The notes: generated by a model not told the origin, from the sequence alone. 64,000 nt of DNA from a virus (IMGVR_UViG_3300033072_001201:14663-78662), one strand, 5' to 3'. Positions 1-10,448 are shown, numbered from the stretch's first letter. Numbers and translations: made by a program.

Positions 1-216
1 AAAGGTGAACAATATTATTTTTTGAATATCGCGGAAGAAATTGGATTACCGACTGTTCCAGTATTAGAAAAAGATGTTGTTTTAACTCCAGAACTAATTA
101 AAAAATATTGTGAGGATATGACAGAATTAAATGGGAAACCATTTGAAGGTGTTGTTATTCAACATTCTGGCGGGAGTTTTAAGGTTATTAATAAATATTA
201 TGATTCAAAGAAATAA
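1..216 (+). CDS. RNA ligase C-terminus (Rnl2/DRB0094-like), 5' truncated by window
   Basis: Frame open from base 1; ends ...GLPTVPVL...FEGVVIQ...FKVINKYY, matching nucleotidyltransferase motifs IV (EGVV) and V (K). Confidence 0.7.
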   Translation, partial: KGEQYYFLNIAEEIGLPTVPVLEKDVVLTPELIKKYCEDMTELNGKPFEGVVIQHSGGSFKVINKYYDSKK

Positions 217-1198
217 TTTCTAAATATTTATTATATTTTCGATCTAAGTAAATAGCACAATCTTTATATAAATAATTTATAATTTTAAAAACGCTTTCTC
301 TTTTTGAGATATTAACAAAATGAATCGCTGATGGGTTTTGTATTTTATATTTAATATTAATTAAATTGTTTTTAAGTAAGATCTCCATTAAAGATTCTAA
401 AAATTCTTTATTACTACTCCAAGATATTCCTATATTATTATTTTTACATATATATAAACTTCCGTCACCATCAGTATACCCACGAATAAAATGCCGAATT
501 AAATGATCAGGAATTTGACTTTCATTTGGGAATGTTAAAGATAAAGATTTGTTTTCAAAACATTTTAATCGTTTTAAATCGTTAATTATTTTTTCGCTAA
601 ATATTTTTATGTCTACAGATTGTCTTTTTTTATTTTCTTTAATTGGTGATTCTGATTCTATAAATTTTTTAAATTTATATAAATGGCTAATATCAATATT
701 TGAAATATCGATTCTTAGTAAATAATTATTGTTTTTTGTACAAATACAGCCATCTGCCATAATGAATCCCAACCAATATGCCTTTTCTTCGGTATTTATT
801 TTTTCAAAAATATTTTCATTTAACTTGTATTTTCTTCTTCCTCTTTTTGGTTTATTCGGGAGGAATATATTATGTTTTTTTATAATTTTAGATAATGTTG
901 TTAAACAAATATTAAATTTATCGGCAATAAAAGAGTTTGTCTTTCCGGCGGTTAGGAGTTCAATTAATTCTTCTAAATTATATTTAATTTTTATTCGCCC
1001 CTTTAAGGGGGAAATTCCATAATGCCGCTTTTTATAAAAAATTTTAGGTTTTTTTAATTTGAGAATTTTATTTCCAGCGTATCTAATTTGTTCTGAAGAA
1101 CAATTGTATTTTGAACAAAGTTCTTCGTCTGTTAATCTTATATAATCATAATTTAATTCTTGTAATTTTTCTTTATTCCATTTAATCATAAACATCAT
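188..1198 (-). mobile_element. Free-standing LAGLIDADG homing endonuclease with N-terminal HTH-like repeats
   Basis: Two motifs AYWLGFIMADGCI and HFIRGYTDGDGSL; inverted relative to neighbours. Confidence 0.9.
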
Positions 1199-1234
1199 CG
1201 GTTATTAAGATAATACACTTAGGAAATTTAATTT

Positions 1235-1915
1235 ATGAAAATTTTCAAAAAATTTAATTCTAAGACTGATAAAATTTTTGTGGGAGGCTGTACCCATTAT
1301 TTCCACCAACGCGAATTTATTTTTCGTCCACGAGGTTTTAATTCTTGGCAAGAACATACAGATTTTTTGCTCAAAGAACTATATAAACTTCCCGCTGATT
1401 CTACATTTATTTTTCTTGGCGATTTTGCATTAAATACTAATAAAGAGCAAATTCAATCAGTATTAAATACTGTTAAATGCCAAATTATTTACATCCTCGG
1501 GAATCACGAAGGGGCAATTAATCAAATTGTTCAAGGACAAAAAGAATTACAATACGGAATCACTGATAAATTTACTGACGTTTGGCCAATTAAATATAAT
1601 ACAACTACTTTCCTTGGATATTGCGGGGCAATAGCTGTTGATAATCAATACGTTTATTTACAACACATGGCGCAATATATCTGGCCTTATCAATCGGACG
1701 GTAGTTGGTGTTGCGTAAGTCATTCTCATTCAAATAGTAAAGAATTAAATCCATTCGAACAAAATTTCGGTAAGATTCTTGATTGCGGTACGGATAATGC
1801 CTTAAAGTATTCAAATAATCAAAGTCCCTTTTTTACTTGGGAAGGTATTAAACAAATTATGGGGCGAAAATCTGTTAGGATTTACGATCACCACGGCGAA
1901 AAACAAAATTCTTGA
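1235..1915 (+). CDS. Calcineurin-like metallophosphoesterase
   Basis: Motifs CTH (normally DxH), LGD, LGNHE, HSH in canonical order. Confidence 0.8.
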   Translation: MKIFKKFNSKTDKIFVGGCTHYFHQREFIFRPRGFNSWQEHTDFLLKELYKLPADSTFIFLGDFALNTNKEQIQSVLNTVKCQIIYILGNHEGAINQIVQGQKELQYGITDKFTDVWPIKYNTTTFLGYCGAIAVDNQYVYLQHMAQYIWPYQSDGSWCCVSHSHSNSKELNPFEQNFGKILDCGTDNALKYSNNQSPFFTWEGIKQIMGRKSVRIYDHHGEKQNS

Positions 1916-1945
1916 ATTCTGGCGAAAATCTATTACCTTCAAATT

Positions 1946-2329
1946 ATGAAATTTAAAACCGAAAAAATTATTTCAGTCCAAGATTGGGACGAATTGGTGC
2001 AGAAAACATATGGACGAATTTATTCTTTTCAACAGCAAGACGGATGTAAAGATCGGGGAATTTTTCGGTTTAGTGTCCCAAATTCTGAAACTTTCGATTT
2101 CGAAAATAATTCAATCGTCGAACAGGTTAATGGCCCAGAAATGGGAGTTTCTTTTAAAGCGTGGTTGGAACGTGATCCAAAACGAAAAATTCCAAACCAA
2201 CAATATGATTGGGAATTAGATTTATTTTGGCAACGTAATTTTTATCCAGAATTTCAAATGATAGCGAATGACCTTTGCGCAAAAGGATTTATTGAACCCG
2301 GAAATTATATTATCGAAATAGATTGGTAA
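1946..2329 (+). CDS. Hypothetical protein
   Basis: 127-aa ORF, ATG after a promoter-like sequence, phage-like codon usage. Confidence 0.75.
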   Translation: MKFKTEKIISVQDWDELVQKTYGRIYSFQQQDGCKDRGIFRFSVPNSETFDFENNSIVEQVNGPEMGVSFKAWLERDPKRKIPNQQYDWELDLFWQRNFYPEFQMIANDLCAKGFIEPGNYIIEIDW

Positions 2330-2336
2330 TTTTGAG

Positions 2337-2663
2337 ATGAACAATCAAATTTGCGCTAAATTCATCGGCGGAAAAGCTAATGGCCGGAAAATGATAATTG
2401 AAGATTGTAGTTATTTTAATTTGATGTTTTGCAATATTGATTGGGAAACTTGTTCGCCAAGTTTAACCCCGCCATCTATTTCAACGACAGCCTATAAAAA
2501 TATTAGATATATAAATTCCCGTATCAAAGATTTTAATAACAATTATTTGTTTTATCCAGAAAATCGGAATATTAATGATTTCAAAACGATTAAAGATGCA
2601 TATTTTGGTGTTAAAAAACGAAGTCTTGACTTTTTAACGGTAAACTCTTACTTTCGGTCATGA
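2337..2663 (+). CDS. Hypothetical protein
   Basis: 108-aa ORF in a tightly packed operon. Confidence 0.6.
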   Translation: MNNQICAKFIGGKANGRKMIIEDCSYFNLMFCNIDWETCSPSLTPPSISTTAYKNIRYINSRIKDFNNNYLFYPENRNINDFKTIKDAYFGVKKRSLDFLTVNSYFRS

Positions 2664-2854
2664 AAATTATTTTTCAAAAAGATCCTGAATTTCCTACGTT
2701 TTTTATTAATATTGATTTGTCTTCCCTTCCCAGAAATCAATTCAACGATTGGGTGGCGAAAAATTATAATAGATTAGACGATATTAGAGAACTTTGGGAT
2801 TGCTATATAAATGTAATGTATAGTCAACAAAATATTTATTTTTCGAAATTATGA
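2660..2854 (+). CDS. Hypothetical protein (paralog of next ORF)
   Basis: ATGA overlap; shares KIxFxK...FxDW...YS...IxFSKL with 2851-3087. Confidence 0.65.
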   Translation: MKIIFQKDPEFPTFFINIDLSSLPRNQFNDWVAKNYNRLDDIRELWDCYINVMYSQQNIYFSKL

Positions 2855-3087
2855 ATATTAAAATCACATTTGAAAAATCATCCCCGCTTTTTGACTTTGG
2901 CCCGCTTTTTGACTTTGGCCAACCTCTCGATTTTGATATTTATTTAAAATTTATCGAAACAACTTACGAAGAATTTTATGATTGGTTAGATAAAACAGAG
3001 AAAAGAAGGTTAGAATTGGCGGAAAAATATAATTATTTTATTGATATTAGTTATTCCGAAAAAGCAATCAAATTTTCAAAATTATAA
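2851..3087 (+). CDS. Hypothetical protein (paralog of previous ORF)
   Basis: ATGA overlap; internal PLFDFG duplication. Confidence 0.65.
   Translation: MNIKITFEKSSPLFDFGPLFDFGQPLDFDIYLKFIETTYEEFYDWLDKTEKRRLELAEKYNYFIDISYSEKAIKFSKL
2884..2919 (+). repeat. 18-bp tandem duplication CCGCTTTTTGACTTTGGC x2
   Basis: Read directly; in frame (PLFDFG x2). Confidence 0.9.
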
Positions 3088-3093
3088 AATAAT

Positions 3094-3345
3094 ATGTCAG
3101 AAATTTTAAATCCAATTGGATTGATTCTCTATACTAAAGATGGCCGCAATATCGGAAATGCCATTATTATATATTATAAAGATAATATTTATACTTTAAA
3201 AACAGATTTTGGCAATATTGTTCATTTTTCTTACCAAGAAATTATTGATTGGTTTTATTTGTCAAAAGATGGATTTGAGCATCGAGTTCGACCAGAAACT
3301 TGGAGAATGGATAAAAAGATAATTGAGGACGAAAATAAATTATGA
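3094..3345 (+). CDS. Hypothetical protein
   Basis: 83-aa ORF in operon. Confidence 0.7.
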   Translation: MSEILNPIGLILYTKDGRNIGNAIIIYYKDNIYTLKTDFGNIVHFSYQEIIDWFYLSKDGFEHRVRPETWRMDKKIIEDENKL

Positions 3346-3530
3346 AAAAACTAACAACAAAACAGCTTAAGAAAATAGACCAAACAATTAAACGACTAAC
3401 TAAACTATTTGGTGAAGTTGATAATTTCGCGGAGAAAAATTCTCTCCCGAAAATTTCTACTAAAGTAGAACGAAAAACGAAGTTTTTACTTGCGCGAAAA
3501 AAGAAATTTGATAAGATTAAGAAACAATAA
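3342..3530 (+). CDS. Hypothetical basic protein
   Basis: 62 aa, ATGA overlap, Lys-rich. Confidence 0.6.
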   Translation: MKKLTTKQLKKIDQTIKRLTKLFGEVDNFAEKNSLPKISTKVERKTKFLLARKKKFDKIKKQ

Positions 3531-3554
3531 AAAACAATAAACTTACTATAAAAT

Positions 3555-3980
3555 ATGAATGTCGATCTAGGTACTATTCAAGAAATCCTCCGCGAACAAA
3601 AAGTCGATTCGACAGTTATCTCTGTCGTAGTCAAAGAACTTCAAAAAGTTGCTGCTGAGGAAGCGGCGGATAAAGGACCAAGTGGCCCAAAACAGAAATA
3701 TCAATATTCGATTATTGTTAATTCTCCGACCAATGATTTGAATAATCTTCAAGGTTGGGTTGTTAAGATGCCAGAAGATCAAAAGGCGTCCGACCTTCTT
3801 GCCAAAATTCAAACGGCGGTGGCAAAGCAAAATAATAATACAAAAAAGGGACGCAAATCCCCCTTACGCTCTCTGGCTGAGGCCTTTAATGGTCTAAAAC
3901 GCAAATTTACGAAAGAGGAAAATTTTGCCGTTATGACTCGCGAATCGGTACAAGTTATTGTTAGCGACGGAACTCTTTAA
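3555..3980 (+). CDS. Hypothetical protein
   Basis: 141-aa ORF with good coding signal. Confidence 0.8.
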   Translation: MNVDLGTIQEILREQKVDSTVISVVVKELQKVAAEEAADKGPSGPKQKYQYSIIVNSPTNDLNNLQGWVVKMPEDQKASDLLAKIQTAVAKQNNNTKKGRKSPLRSLAEAFNGLKRKFTKEENFAVMTRESVQVIVSDGTL

Positions 3981-3992
3981 GGAGAAAATTTT

Positions 3993-4376
3993 ATGTGTAT
4001 TAATTTAAGAGATAATTATAAAGAACCATATAATCCTAGTAATATTCGTTGGAAATATGCGGAAATTGTTGATGGGAAAATTATTTCTCCTTATAGATCA
4101 TATAAGTATGAAATAAATAAACAATTAAACGCCAAAAAAGATAAAAAATTAGATGTCGGATTTCATGTTTTTGTTTCTAAAAATGCATGTATTCGGGATG
4201 CCCATGCTTATTACGGAAAACTTGATGGAATTGTTTTTCTAAAATGCGAAATGTCAAACTTTCATTGCAGTGGAGAATTTGAAATGGAAAACAGCGAAGT
4301 TTGGAAAAGTATGAAAATTGTTCAAGTACTTTCTGGCGGGAAACGAGATATTACAAAAAAGTTTATAAAATCATGA
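3993..4376 (+). CDS. Hypothetical protein (paralog of 21191-21604)
   Basis: MC start, IRWK..SP..GFHVF..LKC motifs shared. Confidence 0.75.
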   Translation: MCINLRDNYKEPYNPSNIRWKYAEIVDGKIISPYRSYKYEINKQLNAKKDKKLDVGFHVFVSKNACIRDAHAYYGKLDGIVFLKCEMSNFHCSGEFEMENSEVWKSMKIVQVLSGGKRDITKKFIKS

Positions 4377-4603
4377 GTTCTCAACCTAAAAATTATTTGA
4401 TAGGGTGGATTTCAAGCAAAAAAGAAATTAAGTTCGACACTTATGATTTTATGACCCTTCCCGAAGCTATAAAAGCGGCTCAAAAAGTTGTAGTTGAAAA
4501 CGACGAAGAGGAAGAAGATTGGATAGTATTTGAAATTAAGGCGGTTAAAAAATATAAGTTGGTTAAAGATATAAAAGCGGTAGAAATTCCCGTAAAATCA
4601 TGA
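4373..4603 (+). CDS. Hypothetical protein
   Basis: ATG at 4373 (ATGA overlap) preferred over the longer ORF call. Confidence 0.65.
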   Translation: MSSQPKNYLIGWISSKKEIKFDTYDFMTLPEAIKAAQKVVVENDEEEEDWIVFEIKAVKKYKLVKDIKAVEIPVKS

Positions 4604-4866
4604 AACGGTTTAAAATAGTTCATTTTGATGATTATCACGATATTGATTTTTATAAAACCACTTTCAAACATCGTTTTGAACTAGGATGTTTTAGGCCAAA
4701 AACTGGTTATAATTACAACAGATATTATGCTGTATTTTATAATCAAAAACCCACCAAACAACAAATTGTTAATAGTCTAAATCAATTAATTCAAAAAAGA
4801 TATTATAATTTAGTTTGTCAAGAATTACAATCCACTAATTTAGAACTTGATGTTCGATATCCTTAA
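4600..4866 (+). CDS. Hypothetical protein
   Basis: 88 aa, ATGA overlap. Confidence 0.65.
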   Translation: MKRFKIVHFDDYHDIDFYKTTFKHRFELGCFRPKTGYNYNRYYAVFYNQKPTKQQIVNSLNQLIQKRYYNLVCQELQSTNLELDVRYP

Positions 4867-4869
4867 TTT

Positions 4870-5097
4870 ATGTCAAAAGAAACAAAATTCAAATTTATTA
4901 TTCAACACGGTGGTCAAACCGTTGAATTGACCGTAGAAGAAGCCGAAAAACTATATAAGGATCTTTCTAAGATTTTTGACCGCGAAACTAAGATTAAATG
5001 GTATCCTTCCGAGATAATTCCCGAACCAATTCCTTATTCTCCACCCTCTATTCCATCAAGCCCTTGGGATCAAAATACAATAATTTGTACCCTATAA
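4870..5097 (+). CDS. Hypothetical protein
   Basis: 75 aa, Pro-rich C-terminus. Confidence 0.65.
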   Translation: MSKETKFKFIIQHGGQTVELTVEEAEKLYKDLSKIFDRETKIKWYPSEIIPEPIPYSPPSIPSSPWDQNTIICTL

Positions 5098-5108
5098 TCT
5101 CTCCTAAT

Positions 5109-5348
5109 ATGCGCAAAACAATATTTCAGTCAAAAACTAAAGATTCCGTCTTCAAACTCCACAACTTTATCTCCGAAGTTTACCGCAAAGAGTATAAAAA
5201 ATCTTCTCCCGATATGTTTATTGGTATTGAAACTGTTGCCGTCAAAAATTCGCCCGACAATTGGATATTGACCGCCGAAGGGGATCGCCAAGAGCTTGAC
5301 AAGGTGGAGAAAATTGCTAAGATGATTGATGTCGAAAAACTAAATTGA
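5109..5348 (+). CDS. Hypothetical protein
   Basis: ATG at 5109 just after the previous stop. Confidence 0.65.
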   Translation: MRKTIFQSKTKDSVFKLHNFISEVYRKEYKKSSPDMFIGIETVAVKNSPDNWILTAEGDRQELDKVEKIAKMIDVEKLN

Positions 5349-5380
5349 CAATATATAACTAGAAAATATACAATATAATT

Positions 5381-5647
5381 ATGAAAAATAATTCAGTGAA
5401 AGCTCAAACGCCGGATCGTTACGTTGTTTTACACACTCACAAAGCCTATCCGAATTTTAATACCGAGCAAGCCGGCATTAGTTATTCTACTAAGTTGGAT
5501 AATATGGCACTAAATGACAAAAATAAGGTTTCCGCTCTAAATATGGCGATTCACACTGCCTCCCGTTATCACGGGGAAATCTTTGCCGATTTCGGGGATG
5601 GAGTTTTGGAGCCAGTAAAATCGTATAAGAAAGAAATTAAGGAATAA
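5381..5647 (+). CDS. Hypothetical protein
   Basis: 88-aa ORF followed by a terminator. Confidence 0.75.
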   Translation: MKNNSVKAQTPDRYVVLHTHKAYPNFNTEQAGISYSTKLDNMALNDKNKVSALNMAIHTASRYHGEIFADFGDGVLEPVKSYKKEIKE

Positions 5648-5690
5648 TTTTCGGTAGTTAGGTTTAGTTCGTGGTTTCATAGTCTAAATT

Positions 5691-5718
5691 CCCCAAGCCT
5701 AAAAAACTTGGGGTTTTT
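5691..5718 (+). terminator. Intrinsic terminator
   Basis: CCCCAAG...CTTGGGG stem followed by TTTTT. Confidence 0.75.
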
Positions 5719-5779
5719 AGTTAAAAAAAATAATTAGAAAAAGTGTAATATTAAGAGTAAGTTTTTAAGCAGAAAAAAT

Positions 5780-6016
5780 ATGTCTAATAACTCTCCCGCA
5801 AAATCAGACGACAACAAAAAATTTGCATTCCAAACCCTTGAAATGCTTGCCCCGATTTTGAATAAAAAACAATTCCAACTAGTTAATTTGGAAGTCGGGC
5901 TAAAAATGGGCAAATTGTCGAAAGAACAATTTTCAGAACAACAAGGTCGAATTGCGACAGAGATTGAAAATTTGCAAAAAAGAATTTTGCGCGAGACAAT
6001 AATAGTAGGGAGCTAG
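5780..6016 (+). CDS. Hypothetical protein
   Basis: 78 aa; preceded by AGTGTAATAT late-promoter-like motif at 5742. Confidence 0.65.
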   Translation: MSNNSPAKSDDNKKFAFQTLEMLAPILNKKQFQLVNLEVGLKMGKLSKEQFSEQQGRIATEIENLQKRILRETIIVGS

Positions 6017-6017
6017 A

Positions 6018-6263
6018 ATGCAAACCGATAATAATTTGGAAGATCAACCAATTAGAATTATTGTTTCTAAAGGCAAAAACATATCTGTCCAATATTTGGT
6101 CGATTTGGCGGCAGAGTGTTTTGCAAAAATTAATTCTTTGCCAGATGGAACTTTTGAAGTGACTTTTAATCCCTCTGATACTTCGCCGACTTTTAGTAGA
6201 TATAGTTTATTCGTAAGTATTATTAAAAATTTTGGATGTGATATAAAAAATAATGAGTTTTAA
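6018..6263 (+). CDS. Hypothetical protein
   Basis: 81 aa abutting the previous stop. Confidence 0.6.
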   Translation: MQTDNNLEDQPIRIIVSKGKNISVQYLVDLAAECFAKINSLPDGTFEVTFNPSDTSPTFSRYSLFVSIIKNFGCDIKNNEF

Positions 6264-6369
6264 TAATTAGCAATTTTATATTATAAAAAACTAAAGCCGA
6301 AATTTTTCTTGCGCAACCGTGCTTTCTGTGGTACGGTTGTTTTGTTTTAGGAAAATCGAATTCAAAATT

Positions 6370-6720
6370 ATGAAAATTCTATATGATAACTGGAATGCCT
6401 TAAATAAAGTTTCCAAAAATCTATCTTGTTTGATGCAGGCATGTCAATCTAACGAAGTTTCTATTCAACAATGTTTATCATATTTAGATCGTATGATTCT
6501 AGATATAAAACGTTATAATATTAATGATTTTGATTCATTAGAATGTTACGCTATTAGTTCAATGCTAGAAAATATTTCGAATAGATATAATGCAGAATAT
6601 CTTTATCACGATTTAATCTGGAAAAGTGATAATAATTTTTCCATTAAATCATATTTACAAAACTTAAACAAAAAACAGCTTCAAAAACAAATCGAGCTAA
6701 TTCTGATTAGAAAATTTTAA
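6370..6720 (+). CDS. Hypothetical protein
   Basis: ATG at 6370 downstream of a TTGCGC-17-TACGGT promoter. Confidence 0.6.
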   Translation: MKILYDNWNALNKVSKNLSCLMQACQSNEVSIQQCLSYLDRMILDIKRYNINDFDSLECYAISSMLENISNRYNAEYLYHDLIWKSDNNFSIKSYLQNLNKKQLQKQIELILIRKF

Positions 6721-6734
6721 ATCGCGAAAAATCC

Positions 6735-6763
6735 TTGTCTATCCCATTTCGTTCTGCTAACTT
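6735..6763 (+). promoter_or_regulatory. Sigma70-type early promoter for rIIA
   Basis: TTGTCT-17 nt-TAACTT with TG extension; same family as more than 15 others. Confidence 0.7.
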
Positions 6764-6798
6764 AGTTGGTGAAACGAAAAACCACGCAAAAACTAAAA

Positions 6799-8994
6799 AT
6801 GATCACTTCCCTTACTAAAGATAAAAACAGTGTTGTTATTGATTCCGAACTTGATACCCAATCAACTAGTTTCGGAATTCACGATATGGCTAAGGCTTTC
6901 CACGCCATTACAACCCAAGTATATAAAAATCCCGAATTTAGCGTCATTGCTGAAATTTGTGCAAATGCTTGGGATTCTCATATTTTGGCGAAAAAACAAT
7001 CGACTCCATTTAATATTCATCTTCCCAATAATTTGGAACCTTGGTTTTCGGTAAGGGATTTTGGTATTGGAATGGATCATAATTTCATGCTTGAAAAATA
7101 TACTCAAGCATTTCTTTCGACAAAAGATTCCACTAATCGTCAAAATGGTGCATTTGGAATTGGGCGACTAACCTGTTTGGCGCTTAACGACACTTATTCA
7201 GTAACTTGTTATAAAGATAAGGTTAAACGCATTTATTCTGTTTTTAAGGAAGATTCCTGTCCGAAAATTATTATGTTGTCGGCAGAACCAACGGAAGAAC
7301 AAAATGGCGTGGAAGTATCAGTAAATATTCCTAATCATTTCAGTTATTCGACTTTTAGTGAAAACGCCGCGAAGATTCTATCATTTTACCCCATTAAGAT
7401 GAATATTAGTGGGGCGGCAAATTTTTCCTATCAGCTACCAGAATACGATCTAAGAGTTAATGACAAGGAACTGAACTTTGGATTTCCGAAAGATCGGTCA
7501 AGTTATGCAATTATGGGTGTTTATGCCTACCCTATTGATAATCAATCGCTTGATAATTTGACAGATGCCGAATTCAAAATTTTGAACAAGGGTATTCATA
7601 TTTTTGTCAAACTCGGGGATTGTTCGGTAAGTCTTTCAAGAGATGGTTTGTTTTACGACGGAAAAACGAAAAAGCGAATTAAAGATGAAATTGCCAAAAT
7701 TACAACTCATTATGTTGATTTAGTTAAAAAACAAATTGAAAATGCGCCTAACCTCCTAGCGGCGAAAAAGTTGTATTGGGACAATTTTAGTCATAACGGT
7801 GATTGTTATTATCTAACGCAAACCAAGAATCCAGAAGTTAGTTGGAAGGGCGTTAAGTTTAATGATTTTCATATTGAAATTCCGGCGAATTCTAAGGTAA
7901 AATGTGATAATGTTGAAATAGAAGAAAAACGAACTTGGTTAAACGATACCAAAAAAATTCTAATTAATGACAGAATTGTATTTTTTATCAATGACCTTGA
8001 CAAGAAAGTTGGGATTAAATCTCGCCTAAAACATTATTATAATGATGGCGGGGGTTATGGTAAAAATATTTATTTGTTCGATAATTTGGACAAAGAATTT
8101 CTAGATTATTGTGGTTTGCAACTCTCTGATTTTCAATCCCTTAAAGCTATTGTCCCGCCACCTAGCCAAAAAACTTATAATTACGATAGGTCAAAGTGCA
8201 AAGTATTTATTTATGACGGTTCGGGTTATCGCTCTGATAAGTCGTCTTATTGGAAAATTCCCGAAAATTTTGACGAAACGGATATTGAAGACGCCGATGA
8301 TGCAATTTTCGTAACTTTAGAAGATAGGTTTTATGTCGAAAGTAAATATAATCATAATGCTTTTTGGCTACTATCTAAACTACGCGAATTAAATCCTAAA
8401 CTTCCAAAACTACCGGTTTACGGTATTCGTTATAAATATCCAGAAATTATTGAATCTGCCAAAAAAGTTTGGAAAAAACTTGATGATTATATTTATCAAG
8501 AGTTTGATAATTTGATTAAACAATCAAGCGAGGAAATTAAACAATATGTTTTCGAATCAAATGTTAAAAAGACTAAATTTGATACTGACGGAACTTGTTT
8601 GGATAATCTTTCGCACTTTCAATCTTATAATTCGATGATTCAGGCTTATTTTAGTCTAAGAAATAAGTTGAATGAAAAATTGGAGAGTTCTAAAGTAAAA
8701 CAGATTATTGATTTTGCTGGGAATATTGATTATAAAATTGATAATACTTCGTCTTCCGAATCTAAAATTTGTGATAAAATTATTACTCTCAAATCTTGGA
8801 TTGAAAAACAATATCCGATTTTAGGTGCAGTTAATATTAATACAACTTGGGAATATAATCGCGGTTATGTTATTCAAAGTAGAAAGGTAATTGAGGATTA
8901 TTTGGCCGATTGTGACGCCAAAAACCCGCCTTTTGAGCTTGACCAAGCTGAAATATCTGCTATTCTGGAGGAGAATAAGGTTGAAAAATTATGA
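6799..8994 (+). CDS. rIIA: rIIA-like protein (N-terminal GHKL/Hsp90-type ATPase)
   Basis: EICANAWDSH, RDFGIGM, GAFGIG motifs; followed by an rIIB-like gene. Confidence 0.9.
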   Translation: MITSLTKDKNSVVIDSELDTQSTSFGIHDMAKAFHAITTQVYKNPEFSVIAEICANAWDSHILAKKQSTPFNIHLPNNLEPWFSVRDFGIGMDHNFMLEKYTQAFLSTKDSTNRQNGAFGIGRLTCLALNDTYSVTCYKDKVKRIYSVFKEDSCPKIIMLSAEPTEEQNGVEVSVNIPNHFSYSTFSENAAKILSFYPIKMNISGAANFSYQLPEYDLRVNDKELNFGFPKDRSSYAIMGVYAYPIDNQSLDNLTDAEFKILNKGIHIFVKLGDCSVSLSRDGLFYDGKTKKRIKDEIAKITTHYVDLVKKQIENAPNLLAAKKLYWDNFSHNGDCYYLTQTKNPEVSWKGVKFNDFHIEIPANSKVKCDNVEIEEKRTWLNDTKKILINDRIVFFINDLDKKVGIKSRLKHYYNDGGGYGKNIYLFDNLDKEFLDYCGLQLSDFQSLKAIVPPPSQKTYNYDRSKCKVFIYDGSGYRSDKSSYWKIPENFDETDIEDADDAIFVTLEDRFYVESKYNHNAFWLLSKLRELNPKLPKLPVYGIRYKYPEIIESAKKVWKKLDDYIYQEFDNLIKQSSEEIKQYVFESNVKKTKFDTDGTCLDNLSHFQSYNSMIQAYFSLRNKLNEKLESSKVKQIIDFAGNIDYKIDNTSSSESKICDKIITLKSWIEKQYPILGAVNINTTWEYNRGYVIQSRKVIEDYLADCDAKNPPFELDQAEISAILEENKVEKL

Positions 8995-9197
8995 AAAATC
9001 AAATTATTGAGAAAGATTTAAAGAATTTTTTAAAAGAATTGAGTTTCGCGCAAGAGTATGATGGGAAAAACCATAAATGTTTGAGAATTAAGTTTAGTAC
9101 AAATTATGATTCTGTTTTCAATATTTATTTCGACGGCAAAGCAATACTAAGTACAACCAATATCAAAGACGCAGTAAAACAATATAACAAATTATAA
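8991..9197 (+). CDS. Hypothetical protein
   Basis: 68 aa, ATGA overlap. Confidence 0.6.
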   Translation: MKNQIIEKDLKNFLKELSFAQEYDGKNHKCLRIKFSTNYDSVFNIYFDGKAILSTTNIKDAVKQYNKL

Positions 9198-9201
9198 AAT
9201 T

Positions 9202-9465
9202 ATGAATGTAAAAATTAATAGTAAAAAAATAGAAAAGAAATTATCTTTTGATGATTTGGAGGTTGGTAAACTATATAATTATTACGACAAAGATGATGAA
9301 ACCTTAAAAGGTATTGTTTTAGTTATGGAAGAAATTGATGACTATACAAAAATTAGACTTTGTGAGATTTCGGGCGAAGATATTTGCAAAATTTGGGCAC
9401 AAAACCTTGATTTTGATTTTTACGATTTTACAGAATTTGATGGAGAAATTACTATTTCAAACTGA
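9202..9465 (+). CDS. Hypothetical acidic protein
   Basis: 87-aa ORF in operon. Confidence 0.65.
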   Translation: MNVKINSKKIEKKLSFDDLEVGKLYNYYDKDDETLKGIVLVMEEIDDYTKIRLCEISGEDICKIWAQNLDFDFYDFTEFDGEITISN

Positions 9466-9486
9466 TAATATAAAATTAAAACTAAA

Positions 9487-10434
9487 ATGACAACAAAACT
9501 ACCAGTTATCTATAAAAAAGATTCATTTATCACTGTAATTGTAAACAACAAACCTATTACAATTATTAGTTCGGAACCTAATTTCCAAGACGCAGTTTCA
9601 GCTTACCGTCAAAACGATTGGGAAACCTTGGCCGAAGTAGTAAATCGCCCGAAGTTAATTGAAAAATATTCGGATGGTAATATCCGAGTTTTTGACGGAG
9701 TTATTACTTATAAAAACAAACAAGTCCACAATTATGTTGTTGACAAGATTTTTGAACTTTTAAACGACGGGTTTGATATTAATCCAATTGTAAAGTTTCT
9801 TGATAGTCTAATGGCTAATCCTTCCCCAACTATTCAAGAAGAACTTTTTCAATTTTTAGAAGTTAATCAAATGGCCATTACAGAAGATGGTGGATTTTTG
9901 GCATATAAGTTGACCAAAAATGACGGAACTCCCTACTACCAAGGTGGTTCTATGGTTTATAAAGTCGGCGAAACTATGGAAATGAAGCGGGAAGATGTTT
10001 GTAATGATAGGTCGGAATGCGGTGGTCCGGGTTTATATTTCGGCAATAAAGGATATTGGAACAATAGTTTTGATAGCCAAGGTCGATATACTGGTGATGG
10101 TAAAATGTTTATCGTAAAACTAATGCCAGAATGGGTAGTTTCTATTCCAAGTTCTGAGGCGCAAACCAAGGGTCGGGCTTATAAAATGGAAGTGGTGGCA
10201 GAATATGAAAGTGTGAGGGAGACCGTTAATCGAAATTCTGTAGTAAATATTTCTGATGGTATTGAAGACCGAGAATTTGAAGATAGTGAATTTGTAGAAG
10301 GCGATCTTTTTATTCCGAAAACTCCTTCTATTAAACCTTCCATCAAAGCTCTTCGCCGCGCTAAAAATGGTCGATTTGTTAAAAAGAATGCACCAGTTCG
10401 GGATTCAAAAGGTCGATTTCAAAAGAAAAATTAA
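9487..10434 (+). CDS. rIIB: rIIB-like protein
   Basis: FLDSLMANPS..ELFQFL..ITEDGGFLAYK core typical of rIIB; linked to rIIA. Confidence 0.88.
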   Translation: MTTKLPVIYKKDSFITVIVNNKPITIISSEPNFQDAVSAYRQNDWETLAEVVNRPKLIEKYSDGNIRVFDGVITYKNKQVHNYVVDKIFELLNDGFDINPIVKFLDSLMANPSPTIQEELFQFLEVNQMAITEDGGFLAYKLTKNDGTPYYQGGSMVYKVGETMEMKREDVCNDRSECGGPGLYFGNKGYWNNSFDSQGRYTGDGKMFIVKLMPEWVVSIPSSEAQTKGRAYKMEVVAEYESVRETVNRNSVVNISDGIEDREFEDSEFVEGDLFIPKTPSIKPSIKALRRAKNGRFVKKNAPVRDSKGRFQKKN

Positions 10435-10448
10435 CAAGGATAAAAATT

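Noticed and set aside
729-1022. Antisense and shifted-frame ORFs over real genes (e.g. 729-1022, 3567-3830, 9957-10169, 13295-13531, 39692-40000, 39952-40275, 50642-51025)
   Set aside because: Fully overlap stronger genes; typical shadow ORFs.
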